DNA of 64,000 bases from an uncultured Gemmatimonadales bacterium (lineage in GTDB: Bacteria; Gemmatimonadota; Gemmatimonadetes; Gemmatimonadales; Gemmatimonadaceae). The DNA lies in contig CAWKMU010000003.1 in NCBI GenBank assembly GCA_963850905.1, forward strand, positions 1,792,001-1,856,000, written 5' to 3'. The notes beneath the pieces were generated by a model. It searched no databases. It was not told the origin of the DNA and worked only from the letters and a program-made list of their open reading frames with translations. How positions within the stretch are numbered: position 1 is the stretch's first letter; every line of letters begins with the position of its first letter. A program made the position numbers and the translations under genes. Below are positions 9,328-20,344 of the stretch, in pieces.

Positions 9328-12280
9328 TCACGCCGTCGCTTCGATGGCGTCGTCCGCGACGAGGGCGTCGTCCGGAGCCTCGGCGGCGGCGATCGGAAGG
9401 CTCAGTGTGAACGTCGAGCCAGCCCCCGGAGTGCTGACGGCGGAGAGCTCCCCGCCCATCCCGCGCGCGAGATCGCGGCTGATCGCCAGGCCGAGTCCCG
9501 TCCCTTCTCGAGCCCGCGTCAGCGATGAGCTCAGCTGGATGAAGGGCTCGAAGATGGCGTGCAGCTTGCTCGCCGGTATCCCGACACCCGTGTCAGACAC
9601 CGAGATGTCGACCCGGTTGCCGTTCGCCTCGGAGGCGAGCCTGATGCGCCCGCCCGTCGGTGTGAACTTCAGCGCGTTGGAAAGCAGGTTGAGCAGAATC
9701 TGCTCGAGCTTCTCGGCGTCGGCGCTGACTCGCAGCGCCGAGTCTGGGGCAACGTACTCGTAGGTGAGTCCGCGCTCCGTCAGTTGTGGATGGATCATGG
9801 TATCCAGACCGGCGAGCATTTCGTGCACTCGAACGGGTCGGACGGCGTAGCTGAGTGTCCCGCTGCCAATCTTGACGAAGTTCAACATGTCGTTGATTCG
9901 TCCGAGCAGGAGGTTTTGCGCCCGCGCAATCCGCGCCAGGAATCGGCGCTGTTCTTCCACGACCGGACCCGCGAGCTGCATATCCAGGAGTTGGACATAG
10001 CCGGCGATGGCATTGAGCGGGGTCCGCAGTTCGTGGCTCATGCTTGCCAGGAAGTCGAGCTTGGCTTTGTTCGCTGCTTCCGCCGTCGTGCGGGCGTGGT
10101 CTGTCTCGCGATATAGCCACGCGTTGTCGATCGCGATCGCGGCACGGTCAGCGAGGTTTCGTGCGAGCGCAAGATCGTGCGTGTCGAAGTGGCGTCCCGA
10201 CTCCGTCACGGCGAACGTAAACGCCCCCAGCGGGCGCCCTCGCACGACCAGCGGCACGATCATGAACGACGAAAAGCCGAAGGCGCGGAGCTCGGCCAGG
10301 TGTGCCTCGTCGACCGCGCTCGCGACGAGCAATTCGCGCCGGACGACCGGCACGAAGCTGATCTCGCCCGTGCGTAGCACTTGGGCGAGCCCTCGTGATG
10401 CGTTCCAGTCGATCGGATGGCGCCGCCGGTAGGCCATCACGAGGGCGATCTCGGCGGGATCCTGATGCACGACCGCGAGTCGTGACAGGTGCGGAGGCCA
10501 GTCAGTCGCCTTGGGGTCGGTGACGATGTCGACCAGGCACAGGTCGGCGAGGGCTGGAACGGCCAGGCGCGCGACGTCACGGAGTGCAGCCTCCACGTCG
10601 AGCGATGCGGAGAGCAGCTTGCTCGCCTCAGCGAGAAACTCGCTGGCTGCCGCATCGCGCCTCGCGTCGGTAACGTCCGTCCAGACCGCCGTGACGCCGC
10701 CATCGCGTGTGGGATAGGCTCGGATCGCCAGCCACCGCCCCTTGCCAGTGGACTCGAAGCTGACGGTCATTCTGATCGTGCATTGCCCGCTGCATCTCGT
10801 GCTCGAGTGTCGTCCCGCGAAGCTCAGGGAACATCTCCCACACGATTTGCCCCTCGAGGGGGTCGGCGGCACCCTGCTGGCGGAACTGCTCGGCCGCCCG
10901 CTGATTGATGAAGGTCACGCGCCAGTCGCGATCGTACACCACCAGCGCATTGGTGATGCTCTCGACGATGTCCCCGAGGGCGCGCCGCGCGGTATCCGCT
11001 TCGCGGGCCGACCGTTGCAGTTCGGCGTTCGACTGGTCCAGTTCCTCAGAGAGCGACTGGGCCTCCTCGAACTGCTCCTCCAGCTCGTCGGCGAGGGCCT
11101 GGGCTTGCCGTGTCTGCTCCTCGAGCTCGGACGTCCGGGCCTGCAGCTGATCGGCCGTCGCGACGGCCTCGGTGCGGGCTGCTTCTGCGCTCAGCAGCGA
11201 CTCGCGAACGCGGGTCGACATCCGCCGGAATGCATCACCCAGTCGCGCAATCTCGTCACCGCTCTCCGACGAGTTGGGCGTGGCATGTGGCGCCGCGATC
11301 CGCTCGGCGGCCCCGGTGAGTGTGACGATCGGTGACGTGATGCGCCGACTCATCGCCCAGGCAGCGCTCGCGCCAACGAGCATGATGAGTGCCGCCAGTG
11401 TCGCCAGTTCGACGAGGAGCAGACGCATTGGTGCGAGCGCGGCCGACAGGGCTTGGCCGGTCCAGAGGAACCAGGGAGTTCCGGGGATCGCTGCCAGGAC
11501 GCCGATGACTTGGTCGCCATCCGGCCCGCGGACAATCGCAGGCTTCATGAGGGGCGTCAGCGGGGGTGCCGACCGTCGGTGCGTGAGATCCGTCCACACT
11601 CCGTCGCTGGGTGAGCCCATCAACATCACGGCGTGCGCACCGATCAGCTCGCGGACGGCTTGCGCCCCCTCGCCCGAGAGGAGACGCGAGTCCGTCACAT
11701 ACCCGACCACTCGGGCGCCGCGGGCTTGGCTGCTGGCGCCCGTCACACCCGTATCCACGACGGCCACCTGCGTCTGGGAATACGTCGAGTCGCCAACCGC
11801 GTGCAGCGGCCCAACCACCGGACGCGTGGTTCCCGTCACGAGGTGGGCGGCCCAGTCCGATGACGGAGCGACCGGCCCGGTGAGCGTGTCGAGTACCACG
11901 GTGCCGTCGGGCCTTCGGAGCTCAACGCGCGCCTGCTGGCTCTGGCCTGGAATCATCAGAGATCCGAGCGCCTGACGCGCTGCATCGCGCCCTTTGTTGG
12001 TCTCCAGGAATTCGGCGAGCGCCGGTTTGGACGCTATTACGTTGCCCAGGTGCGCAGCGTATTGGTCCATTTGCTGCGCCAGCATCGCATCGATCGTCAG
12101 CGACGCGCTCTGGAGTCGCTGGTCCGCGGTCATCACGAGCACGTGACGGACGCGTTGATACGCGGCCCACGCGAAGACCACGACCGTGACCAACAACAAC
12201 CCGGAGATCAGAAGGGGTAGCTGCCGCTCGATCGATTCCCAGCGTGAGGTTACGCGGCTCAACAGACCATGGCTCGACAT
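9328..12280 (-). CDS. Membrane sensor histidine kinase (TM-sensor-HAMP-coiled coil-PAS-GAF-HisKA-HATPase), +1 frameshift near 10771
   Basis: HAMP (GDEIARLGDAFRRM) and PAS (DRDWRVTFINQRA) lie in 10628..12280. SHELRTPLN, NALKFT and GTGLGL lie in 9328..10872. Frames join at CAC GAT CAG A ATG ACC. Confidence 0.88.
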
Positions 12281-12428
12281 CCGCGGGAAAACTAGTGGGC
12301 GCAGGCGTCGCGGGTCAGGGTGACCGGGCCTTAGCGACCCGCGACTGCCGGTCGCCGAACCGCCCGTTCGTTTGTTTCCTTTCGCGCGTCCGCCGATGTC
12401 CTGAAGGCGAGAGAGGCCACACGCGTTG

Positions 12429-12460
12429 CTGGGGGCCGCTGCCTTGCAGCGAGCCCCCAG
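12429..12460. terminator. Hairpin downstream of the DUF4412 gene
   Basis: CTGGGGGC-CGCTGC-CTT-GCAGCG-A-GCCCCCAG. Confidence 0.45.
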
Positions 12461-12528
12461 TCACATTCGTGCGTGCTAAGAATTTGCCGTGGACGTGGCC
12501 CGTCGAAGTGGCGGGCGGGCGGTGCTCC

Positions 12529-13269
12529 TTATTGCGGTCGCGCCGCGCCGGGAACTCCGCCAGGCATGGCGCCGCCCATGGGCATTCGCATCTTCGTATA
12601 ATCGGCCGGGACCTTGAAGAGAGAGTCGTTCGGCTTCGACGGGTCGATGCTGGTGACCTGCATCAGGAGCTTCATCGGCGCGCCGTTGTCGCTCTCGGAC
12701 ACTTTGAGAATCGCTTTTCCCTTGAACTGGGCGAGAACCGCGGCCGCTTGCGGATTGTTACTCCACACGCGAGCCATCGGATTGCGGGAGCCCATTGAGG
12801 TCGGGGTGAACATGCCGACGCCCGACGAAGCGGCGCACAGCTGGATCTGCCCAGGTTTGCCGTTGGCGCCCACTCCGCTGATGGTGTAATCCGTGCACTG
12901 TTGACCGGCGACCGTTTCGGTGCCGCCCGGGGTGACGGAGATCTGGGTCGGTCCCTGTTTCTTTTGCAGCGAGTCTCCCATTGCGGCCAGCCGGTCTCCC
13001 GAAGACTGCATGTACATCTTCTGCGCGGGTATCATCGTCGTCATGGTCCCCGTCTCCGCGTCGATGATCATTGCCATGTTTCCGGGCATCCCACCTTGCG
13101 AGGGCACCTCGATGCGGACGCGATTCCCCTGAATGTGCTGCACCATGGTCATGCCGTTGGCCATTTGGACGGTCACAGTCCCGTCGCTCTGTGCTCCTAC
13201 TTTCGCGCCGGCCGACAGGGCGATCGCGAGCCCACTACCAAGCAGCACCACTGGCATCCGTGTACGCAT
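12529..13269 (-). CDS. Secreted DUF4412-like protein
   Basis: GGGAG RBS before ATG 13269; signal peptide; GTETVAGQQCTDY and DSLFKVPADY motifs. Confidence 0.75.
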   Translation of the reverse strand: MRTRMPVVLLGSGLAIALSAGAKVGAQSDGTVTVQMANGMTMVQHIQGNRVRIEVPSQGGMPGNMAMIIDAETGTMTTMIPAQKMYMQSSGDRLAAMGDSLQKKQGPTQISVTPGGTETVAGQQCTDYTISGVGANGKPGQIQLCAASSGVGMFTPTSMGSRNPMARVWSNNPQAAAVLAQFKGKAILKVSESDNGAPMKLLMQVTSIDPSKPNDSLFKVPADYTKMRMPMGGAMPGGVPGAARPQ

Positions 13270-13442
13270 TGTCACTCCCTATTGGCAAGTGGAGACTTCG
13301 CCTATCGCTGACCGGCGGGGCGAACGGCTGGCGCCGTTCCGAAAGAAAGAGAATGAGTATCGCGACTCGGTCGTTTCGTCCAATACGTCGTGCCGAAGCG
13401 GCCGATAGGCTGTTGCTATGACTGTACTGCGGAAAACTCCGT

Positions 13443-13949
13443 CTAGCTCCCAGCAGTCGGGGTTGGCCGGCGCCGCAGCGCAACGTTCAGGAGTCCGGCT
13501 GCCACCCCGGCCGCCACGGCGACCCACGCATTCTGAATGGTCGTGAGCCAGCTCAGGGCCCAGACATTGTCCAGCGAGTAGGTGCCGAAGCCGACGAAGG
13601 CGAAGAGGACCGCGAGGCAGAAATATAGGAGCGGAACCTCGATACCGTTCTTCGACACGAAGAAGCCGTTCTTCAGATGCACGGTGATGGCGGCCACGAC
13701 CATGACGCAAATCATGAGTGCGGGGCCGAATGGGCCGCCCAGCCCGAGGGCGACGAGCAGGCCTCCGACGAATTCGCCCAACCCGGCGAAGAGTGCGAAC
13801 AATGGCCCCGGCTGAAAGCCCAGCGCGGCAAAGAAGCCACCCGTGCCCTGGAGTCCATGGCCACCGAACCAACCGAAGAGCTTCTGCGCGCCGTGACTGG
13901 CGAATCCGAGTCCTACAAGCAGGCGAATGACGAGGAGTGCGATGTCCAC
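13443..13949 (-). CDS. DoxX-family membrane protein
   Basis: RLLVGLGFASHGAQKLFGWFGG, GEFVGGLL and GTYSLD. Probable GTG start at 13949. Confidence 0.9.
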   Translation of the reverse strand: MDIALLVIRLLVGLGFASHGAQKLFGWFGGHGLQGTGGFFAALGFQPGPLFALFAGLGEFVGGLLVALGLGGPFGPALMICVMVVAAITVHLKNGFFVSKNGIEVPLLYFCLAVLFAFVGFGTYSLDNVWALSWLTTIQNAWVAVAAGVAAGLLNVALRRRPTPTAGS

Positions 13950-14098
13950 GGGCGGCGGGTTAGAGCGGGTGGCGCTCGCCAACAGTCGAGGTGGCTGGAG
14001 CAGATTTCGTGGCCACCCGACGATGCGCCCTCCCCAACCGAAAGGCAAGGGAGGGGAAAGGCGTTGGGCGACGCGAGCGTCGCCCCGTGCGTACGATC

Positions 14099-14437
14099 TC
14101 AGTCCTCGGCTGTTCCGGCCAACAGCATGCTGCCGAGCGCACCAACGAGGGCGCCCACGGCAAACGCAACAACCACCGCGGGTACCGGTCGCTCGCGTGT
14201 CAGGCGTGAGATTGGATCCGACCCGGCATTGCGGCGCAGCGTTGCCGCCGCGTTCTCCAGTTGCTCGGCGAGTGAGACCTGCGAGGAGCCGAAGCGACTG
14301 CGTGCGGCATCAACCGCGTCATGAGCGGCATCGAGCACGTCGGAGCCGCGGTCGCGGGCATCATTCAGCACCTGCTTGACCGAATCGGCCGCATCGTTGA
14401 ATCGGTCTGTCACTTGTTCGCGCCTGTGTGAGATCAT
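14099..14437 (-). CDS. Small ElaB/YqjD(DUF883)-like tail-anchored protein
   Basis: Helical Ala/Asp-rich body followed by RERPVPAVVVAFAVGALVG at the C-terminus; GAGGGGAGG RBS. Confidence 0.6.
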   Translation of the reverse strand: MISHRREQVTDRFNDAADSVKQVLNDARDRGSDVLDAAHDAVDAARSRFGSSQVSLAEQLENAAATLRRNAGSDPISRLTRERPVPAVVVAFAVGALVGALGSMLLAGTAED

Positions 14438-14457
14438 GTGGACCTCCCCTCGCCTCG

Positions 14458-14871
14458 TTAAGAGTGTGGCCGGCGCCCGATCTTCGTCGCCGACGGTCGA
14501 ACTTCCGTTGATGACCGATGCACATTGTCGAGCGCGTGCAGCTGTTGGGCGAGCATGCGCGCCGTGCCGGGGAGCGCAAACGTCGCCGATGCGCTGGGTC
14601 CCGCAATGGTCTGCAGCTCGTCGTCGAACAACCGTCCCGAAAATGCGATGACCGGCACACCGGCCGACTGGAGCGTCCGTGCTATCTCGACCTCTCCGGT
14701 ATCCATGTGCTCGATGTCGACGAGCGCGATTGTGGCCCCGGTGTGACGGACACGCTGCGTGATCGCCTCATCGTCGGTCGCGAACACCGCGCGATGCCCC
14801 GCTGCAGTCACGAACTCGCCGATCAGGTCTCCCACGGCGGTATCCCGCGGAACGATCATTACCGTGGCCAC
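14458..14871 (-). CDS. Single-domain, degenerate response-regulator receiver
   Basis: TVMIV, IALVDIEH and VPVIAFSG pattern; conserved Lys replaced (FALP); GGAGGG RBS. Confidence 0.65.
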   Translation of the reverse strand: MATVMIVPRDTAVGDLIGEFVTAAGHRAVFATDDEAITQRVRHTGATIALVDIEHMDTGEVEIARTLQSAGVPVIAFSGRLFDDELQTIAGPSASATFALPGTARMLAQQLHALDNVHRSSTEVRPSATKIGRRPHS

Positions 14872-15067
14872 AAAATGTTCCCTCCAGCTGCGTGCGCAGT
14901 CGTTGAAGTCGCGTCTGCAGAACCCACGCCAGTACGGTTCACGTGGGCTGGAGTGTGTTCGGCGATTGTGTGTCAGGCGCCGTGCTCATCCTGCGACCGG
15001 GGCCACGGACGCCGCCCGGCCAGACGCTGGGCGGCGAGAGCCGTACCGCTAAGTCCGCCGACGTTCG

Positions 15068-16855
15068 CTAGTAGCCCTCGGCCTTGCCCTGAACCCGCGG
15101 GTCGGCCATGCCCTCGACGCCAGTTGTCGTTCGTTCGATCGAGGCGCCGACCGCCAGGTGTCCACTTGGCTTGACGGCCTGATGCATCGCCTCGAGGGCC
15201 GTGAGCACGTCCTCGCGCAGACCGTTTCGCTCGTACAGGAGGGTGTCCGGCAGATGCTGATGGTGCACGCGCGGCGCGCTCACCGCCGCGTTGATCGGCA
15301 TGTCGTAGTCGACGACGTTCGAGATGACTTGAAAGACGGCGGTGATGATGCGGCCACTGCCGCTCGCCCCGGTGACGATGAAGGGCATCCCATCGCGGCC
15401 CTGCACAATCGTCGGTGTCATCGACGAGAGCATCCGCTTGCCCGGCGCTATCGCGTTGGCCTCGCCCTGCACCAGGCCCGCACTGTTCGGCACACCGGGC
15501 TGCGCGGTGAAATCATCCATCTCGTCGTTCAGCAGGAAACCTGCACCCGCGACCGTCGAGGCCGAGCCATAGCCGGCGTTGATCGTCGTCGTGATGCCGA
15601 CCGCATTCCCCTGTCCGTCGACGACAGAGAAGTGCGTGGTGTGCTGACCCTCGGCGGCCAGGCCGGTCGGGAACGACACGGCGGACGACGGCGTCGCACT
15701 GTCCGGCCGGATGCTCGCGGCGAGGGAGTCGGCGAACTCTTGCGACAGGAGATGCTCCGTCGGAATCGAGATCGCATCCGGATCGCCGAGGAAATGATTG
15801 CGTACGGCGAAGGCCCGCCGCATCACCTCGGTAAGCAGGTGGATTTCGGCGGCCGAATGCCAGCCCATTGCATGCATGTCCCGGCCGGCGAGCATGTGCG
15901 CCATGAGTGCGATCGTCATCCCGCCCGACGACGGCGGTGGCATTGAGATGACGTGCAGGCCTCGATAGTCGAAGGTGATCGGCGTGCGCCACTTGGCCCG
16001 ATAGGCGGCGAGATCGGCCAGCGTGATGATGCCGTGGCCGCGCCGCATTTCGGCCACGATGGCCTGCGCCGTCTTGCCCGCGTAAAAGCCTGCTGGTCCT
16101 TGCGTTGCGATGCGGCGGAGTACCGTCGCGAGCGCCGGGTTGCGCCATCGGTCGCCGACGTTGACTGAGTGGCCGTGCGGCAGGAAAAGCGCCGCGCTCG
16201 CGGGGAACTTGGACAGCCGGGCACTGTCATAGTGCGTACCACGGGCGAACTCGGAATCGGCGACGAATCCGCTGTCCGCGAGCTTGATCGCCGGGGCCAG
16301 GAGCTCCGCCCACGGACGGGAACCGAATTTGTGATGGGCTTCCCAGAGGCCGGCGACGGATCCCGGCACGCCCGCAGCGAGGTCGCCGGTAACGGATCGG
16401 TCATCCGGCTTGCCGTCGGGACCCAGGTACATGTCTCGGGTCGCGGCCTTGGGAGCGGCCTCGCGGAAGTCGAGTGCGACCGGGGGACTGCCAGCCATCT
16501 GCGCGACCATGAACCCGCCGCCCCCGATGTTGCCCGCCGCAGGCCACACGACTGCGAGCGCGAAGGCTGTCGCGACCGCGGCGTCGACGGCATTGCCGCC
16601 GTTGCGCAGGACCTCGGCGCCGACGTGCGTGGCGAGCGGTGCGTCGGTGGCGACCATGCCATGCGCCGCCGTGACCGCAGGCGCGTCGACCGACAGCGGC
16701 CACGTTGCTGGGATGGCGTCCCGGTAGGACGGTGGATTGCCGGCCGCCCGAGCATCGCCATGGCCGGCGCAGCCCGATGCAACGGTAGAAATCAGCAGGG
16801 AAATACCGGACACGACGGCGGGCCCTAGAGGGCGATACTGGCGTGTTGTGCGCAT
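15068..16855 (-). CDS. ggt: Gamma-glutamyltransferase
   Basis: GGNAVDAAVA, GNIGGGGF, DFREAAP, catalytic HTTHFSVVD, LLNDEMDDF and KRMLSSMTP; lipoprotein-like signal. Confidence 0.96.
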   Translation of the reverse strand: MRTTRQYRPLGPAVVSGISLLISTVASGCAGHGDARAAGNPPSYRDAIPATWPLSVDAPAVTAAHGMVATDAPLATHVGAEVLRNGGNAVDAAVATAFALAVVWPAAGNIGGGGFMVAQMAGSPPVALDFREAAPKAATRDMYLGPDGKPDDRSVTGDLAAGVPGSVAGLWEAHHKFGSRPWAELLAPAIKLADSGFVADSEFARGTHYDSARLSKFPASAALFLPHGHSVNVGDRWRNPALATVLRRIATQGPAGFYAGKTAQAIVAEMRRGHGIITLADLAAYRAKWRTPITFDYRGLHVISMPPPSSGGMTIALMAHMLAGRDMHAMGWHSAAEIHLLTEVMRRAFAVRNHFLGDPDAISIPTEHLLSQEFADSLAASIRPDSATPSSAVSFPTGLAAEGQHTTHFSVVDGQGNAVGITTTINAGYGSASTVAGAGFLLNDEMDDFTAQPGVPNSAGLVQGEANAIAPGKRMLSSMTPTIVQGRDGMPFIVTGASGSGRIITAVFQVISNVVDYDMPINAAVSAPRVHHQHLPDTLLYERNGLREDVLTALEAMHQAVKPSGHLAVGASIERTTTGVEGMADPRVQGKAEGY

Positions 16856-16903
16856 GGGATGCACGATACTGAGGCGGACGGACGAGCGCCATAGAGGGCA
16901 GGC

Positions 16904-17491
16904 ATGGTTCCACGACGCAAGACGGCGAAGACGATCGGACACGACACGCGCGCGGCGTTGCGCGTCGCGCCCGAACGCGGTGTACTCGACACCGCGGCAT
17001 TCGAGCAGATGGTGTTGACACATGCGCAGCCGCTCACGGCGTTTGCGTGGCGCTATGTGCAGTCCAATGCCGTGGCGGTCGATGTCGTGCAGGACGTGTT
17101 CGCGCAGGTATGGGAACGGCGCGCGGACCTCGACGTGCGGACCAACCTGCGCGCGTACCTCTTCGCCGCGACTCGGAACCGCGCGTTGAACGCGCTGGCG
17201 CACGCGCGAATCGAGGCGCATTGGCGGCAACGGGCAGTGCAGGGGGAGGTTGAGCGAACGGCGCCCGATGCAAGCGAACTGGCGGAGCGGACGGAGTTGA
17301 GTGCTGCCGTTGCTGCGGCGCTCCGGTCGCTGCCGCCACGCGCACAGGAGATTGCGCGGCTCAGATGGATCGATCACCTGAGCCGGCACGAGATCGCAGA
17401 GGTGCTGGGCGTCGCCGTCCCGACCGTGAGCGTGCACCTCACCCGAACGGTCAAGCGGCTGCGTGGGCTGTTGCGCCGATTTGCACCGTAG
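16904..17491 (+). CDS. ECF sigma-70 factor
   Basis: DVVQDVFAQVW, LRAYLFAATRNRALN, and region 4 EIAEVLGVAVPTVSVHLTR. Confidence 0.92.
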   Translation: MVPRRKTAKTIGHDTRAALRVAPERGVLDTAAFEQMVLTHAQPLTAFAWRYVQSNAVAVDVVQDVFAQVWERRADLDVRTNLRAYLFAATRNRALNALAHARIEAHWRQRAVQGEVERTAPDASELAERTELSAAVAAALRSLPPRAQEIARLRWIDHLSRHEIAEVLGVAVPTVSVHLTRTVKRLRGLLRRFAP

Positions 17492-17547
17492 ACCTTGATC
17501 TAATTCTCGCGGGCGTACGGCCGAGCATACGATGTGCAACGGGCGGA

Positions 17548-17571
17548 GGGCGACGCGATGCGTCGCCCTAC
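17548..17571 (-). repeat. GTAG-family REP element
   Basis: Minus strand reads GTAGGGCGACGCATCGCGTCGCCC, close to the REPs at 35935 and 36041. Confidence 0.7.
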
Positions 17572-17654
17572 CTGTTCGAGGCCGGTCTGTTACGCGCCGC
17601 GCCGTCCGGCCGATACCGCGCGTCGCTCTTACCGGTCCGAGGCGGGGTTGGTTG

Positions 17655-18080
17655 ATGTCTTCTCTCTCCTTTCTGCTCTCCGGACCCGTGGGCGCCCAGC
17701 GCTCCCGACGCCGTGTCGCCCGCGTGCTCCTCCCCGCGTTGATGCTGACGGGCGGGTGCTACCACATGACCGTCGAGACTGGCGCTCCGCCCTCCACACA
17801 CATCGTGTCCGACAAGTCCGTGCCCGCGTGGTTCGTCGGCCTGGTGCCTCCCAACACGGTCGTCACCGTGAGGAGGTGCCCCCTGGGCGTGGCCAAAGTG
17901 GAGACAGGTCTGTCGGTCTCGAACGCTCTGGTCTCGGTTGTCACGCTCGGGATCTATACACCAATGACCGTGCGGGCGACGTGCACCCAGGGGACGCCAC
18001 CAGTCTCGTATCCGCCCATCATGTCGGGGTCGAGGATCCTGCGTGCGGCGAGCCTGGAGGGGACCGGCGCAGCGCCCTGA
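17655..18080 (+). CDS. Bor/Iss-family lipoprotein
   Basis: LTGGCYH lipobox; CPLGVAKVET and VTLGIYTP..ATC Bor pattern. Start uncertain. Confidence 0.8.
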   Translation: MSSLSFLLSGPVGAQRSRRRVARVLLPALMLTGGCYHMTVETGAPPSTHIVSDKSVPAWFVGLVPPNTVVTVRRCPLGVAKVETGLSVSNALVSVVTLGIYTPMTVRATCTQGTPPVSYPPIMSGSRILRAASLEGTGAAP

Positions 18081-18092
18081 TAACAGGCGACC

Positions 18093-19304
18093 GTGCACTT
18101 CGCGGCACAGCGCGGGTCAATGCGAGTCAGCGCGTCATTACGACGGCGCAGGGCGTCGCCGAAGGCACAGCTCATCGTGCGGCAGACCTTCGACGAGGCG
18201 CTCGCGCGCGCATCCGACGTGGTCGGTGCGCGACCTGACGACCTCGATCGCGTGCCACTGTTGTTCAGCCAGCACGGTGGGTTCAACAAGCGCATGCAGG
18301 ATGTGATGGCCGGGAAGAAGGCGTCGGTCAACCTCCCCGCCATGCTCGAGCGTTTCATGCGCGAGCGATTCCCGTCGTACCGATTCGCGACCGACGATCT
18401 CGGACAGATCACATTCAGGCGGTCGCTGGCTCGGAAGCTCGACCTGCTCCTGGTCGTCGATCGCGTACACCAATGGGGACTCGGCAAGTCGTTCAGCCTC
18501 GACCTCGCGGCCGACTATCCGGGCACGCGGCTCGCCCGGCGGGGTTCCCGGACCGCTGGACAACGTACGAATCTCTTCTGGCTCTTCCATAGGGGTTTCG
18601 AAAAGCGCGTCTGGTCGTACACCACGCGAGCCGAGTTAGTTGAGGCGTTGGAGGGTTGCGCCGTGCTGCTCGAGCGGGTGCTCCCCGTTGTCGAAGAGCA
18701 ATGCCGTCGGCTGCTCGCTCCACTCCCCAAGGCATTGCCATCGGGTACGGCCGTGCAGGGTGCGTTGAGCGCGCGCGAGGCCCACGCGATCGCGCGCGGG
18801 CTGGCGGACGAGTGGGCGCGAGATGCGGAGCTTCAGGGCATTGGCTCGTCGTATCTGCACTCCGTGTACACGGCGCGCGGTGTCCCCATCGCATCGCTCG
18901 CGCATGACGGCCGCCTCCACGCCACCGGCGCGTGGTATGTCACCTTCCTGTCGAAGCAGCTCGACACCCTGTGTCAGTACGTCGTCCCGCACACCGGGCG
19001 TGTGTGGTGGGGCACGCACAGCGTGCTGCAGGGAGTGACTCCCAAGTACAGTGCCTCGGTAGCCTCGGACGACTGGCTCGATTCGACCGCCGTCGCGCCG
19101 CGCGCACTCCAGGCGGCGCGGGTCGATCTCCATCGCGCCGTGGACGAGATCGTGCTCGCGCTGCGCGATCCCACGTGCTACACCGGCGCCTTTGTGTGGG
19201 AGGCGACGTGTATGACGTATGTCGGCACGAAAGCCAAACGGCGCGACGTTGTCTTCCAACTCGATCGCCACACCAGCGAGGCCCTGGGCAGAACGGTGCG
19301 CTAA
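18093..19304 (+). CDS. Hypothetical protein
   Basis: 403-aa ORF with host-like codon usage filling the gap; no motif recognised; start uncertain. Confidence 0.6.
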   Translation: MHFAAQRGSMRVSASLRRRRASPKAQLIVRQTFDEALARASDVVGARPDDLDRVPLLFSQHGGFNKRMQDVMAGKKASVNLPAMLERFMRERFPSYRFATDDLGQITFRRSLARKLDLLLVVDRVHQWGLGKSFSLDLAADYPGTRLARRGSRTAGQRTNLFWLFHRGFEKRVWSYTTRAELVEALEGCAVLLERVLPVVEEQCRRLLAPLPKALPSGTAVQGALSAREAHAIARGLADEWARDAELQGIGSSYLHSVYTARGVPIASLAHDGRLHATGAWYVTFLSKQLDTLCQYVVPHTGRVWWGTHSVLQGVTPKYSASVASDDWLDSTAVAPRALQAARVDLHRAVDEIVLALRDPTCYTGAFVWEATCMTYVGTKAKRRDVVFQLDRHTSEALGRTVR

Positions 19305-19432
19305 CCCATGGTGTTGACAGGAGACAAGTGACGGGTAACGCCTGACGGGCAACGATGAACGGCACCCACAAACCTGCTACGGTTTCGTGGGGTGATGTAG
19401 TGCGTTTTTGGCCGTTGCCTGTCTGATCGTAT

Positions 19433-20344
19433 ATGGGCGATGACACGCTGAACGATCCGGGACCGGGGCACCCAGACCCCGTAGACGCCGCCGAGCTGGC
19501 GCTCTGGGAGCGGTTCCTCTCACAGGAATCGAACGTCGACGATGCACGGGTTGACGCGCGGTCGAAAGCTCCGGGCGATGCGAGTGACTCGGCGGCCGGT
19601 GTGCCCACGGTCGTGCTGCAGGCACTGACACCAATGGGGCAGGTGCCAAGCGTCGACGCGCACGCGATGCTCGCTCGGCTCCGCGCGCGCCTCGCGACCA
19701 ACGACTCGACGGTGCTGGCGCTCCGGCCCGCACGATTCGCAGCCCATGGCCGGCGCCTGGCTGCCGCTGCAGGATGGGCCGCTGCGGCCGGGATCATGAT
19801 CATGGCACTCGCACAGCCCAGAGACGCCGCTACGCGCTCGATTCAGCTCGGCCTCCGCGACACGGGGACCTATCAGGCCGGACCCGCGGAGCGACTGCGC
19901 ATGCGACTTCCGGATGGCACCGAAGTCATCGCCGGGCCCAATACGTCAGTCCGCATTTCGGGGCCAAGCGACCGACGGTCGGTGTACGTGCACGGGGAAG
20001 CCTACGTCGATGCAAATCGAGACACGGTGCATCGCCTCATCGTCCGCGCGGGGAATGCTTTTCTGCAGAATGTCGGCGCGCGGTTTGCCGTCCGAACGGA
20101 CTCGGACAACAAGGAGGTGCGCATCGCCGTCGCGACAGGGGTCGTGCTCGCGGGCGATACCGGCGCCCCGTGGCAGTCCGGCCGCGTCCTCACTCGCGGC
20201 GCGGTCGGCGTCGTCTCCGCGCTCGGGACCACTCGTACTTTCCGTCCGGTCGACCTCGATGACGCAATGATCTGGGAGCACGGAGGACCGCGACTTGGCC
20301 GTGACCAGCTGCGCGATGAGCTTCCGCGTCTAGACGGCGCATGA
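19433..20344 (+). CDS. FecR-family anti-sigma factor, C-terminally short
   Basis: TM segment, then RLPDGTEV, VYVHGEAY and VGARFAVR. Ends where the C-terminal domain should begin. Confidence 0.8.
   Translation: MGDDTLNDPGPGHPDPVDAAELALWERFLSQESNVDDARVDARSKAPGDASDSAAGVPTVVLQALTPMGQVPSVDAHAMLARLRARLATNDSTVLALRPARFAAHGRRLAAAAGWAAAAGIMIMALAQPRDAATRSIQLGLRDTGTYQAGPAERLRMRLPDGTEVIAGPNTSVRISGPSDRRSVYVHGEAYVDANRDTVHRLIVRAGNAFLQNVGARFAVRTDSDNKEVRIAVATGVVLAGDTGAPWQSGRVLTRGAVGVVSALGTTRTFRPVDLDDAMIWEHGGPRLGRDQLRDELPRLDGA

Noticed and set aside
2050..10774. CAGAATG as a recoding signal at two frameshifts
   Set aside because: The same heptamer is read in frame inside FecR (about 20066-20072). An extra A explains both cases.
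16856..17539. 228-aa N-terminal extension of GGT
   Set aside because: It is the antisense of the ECF sigma gene. GGT more plausibly starts at 16855 with its own signal peptide.
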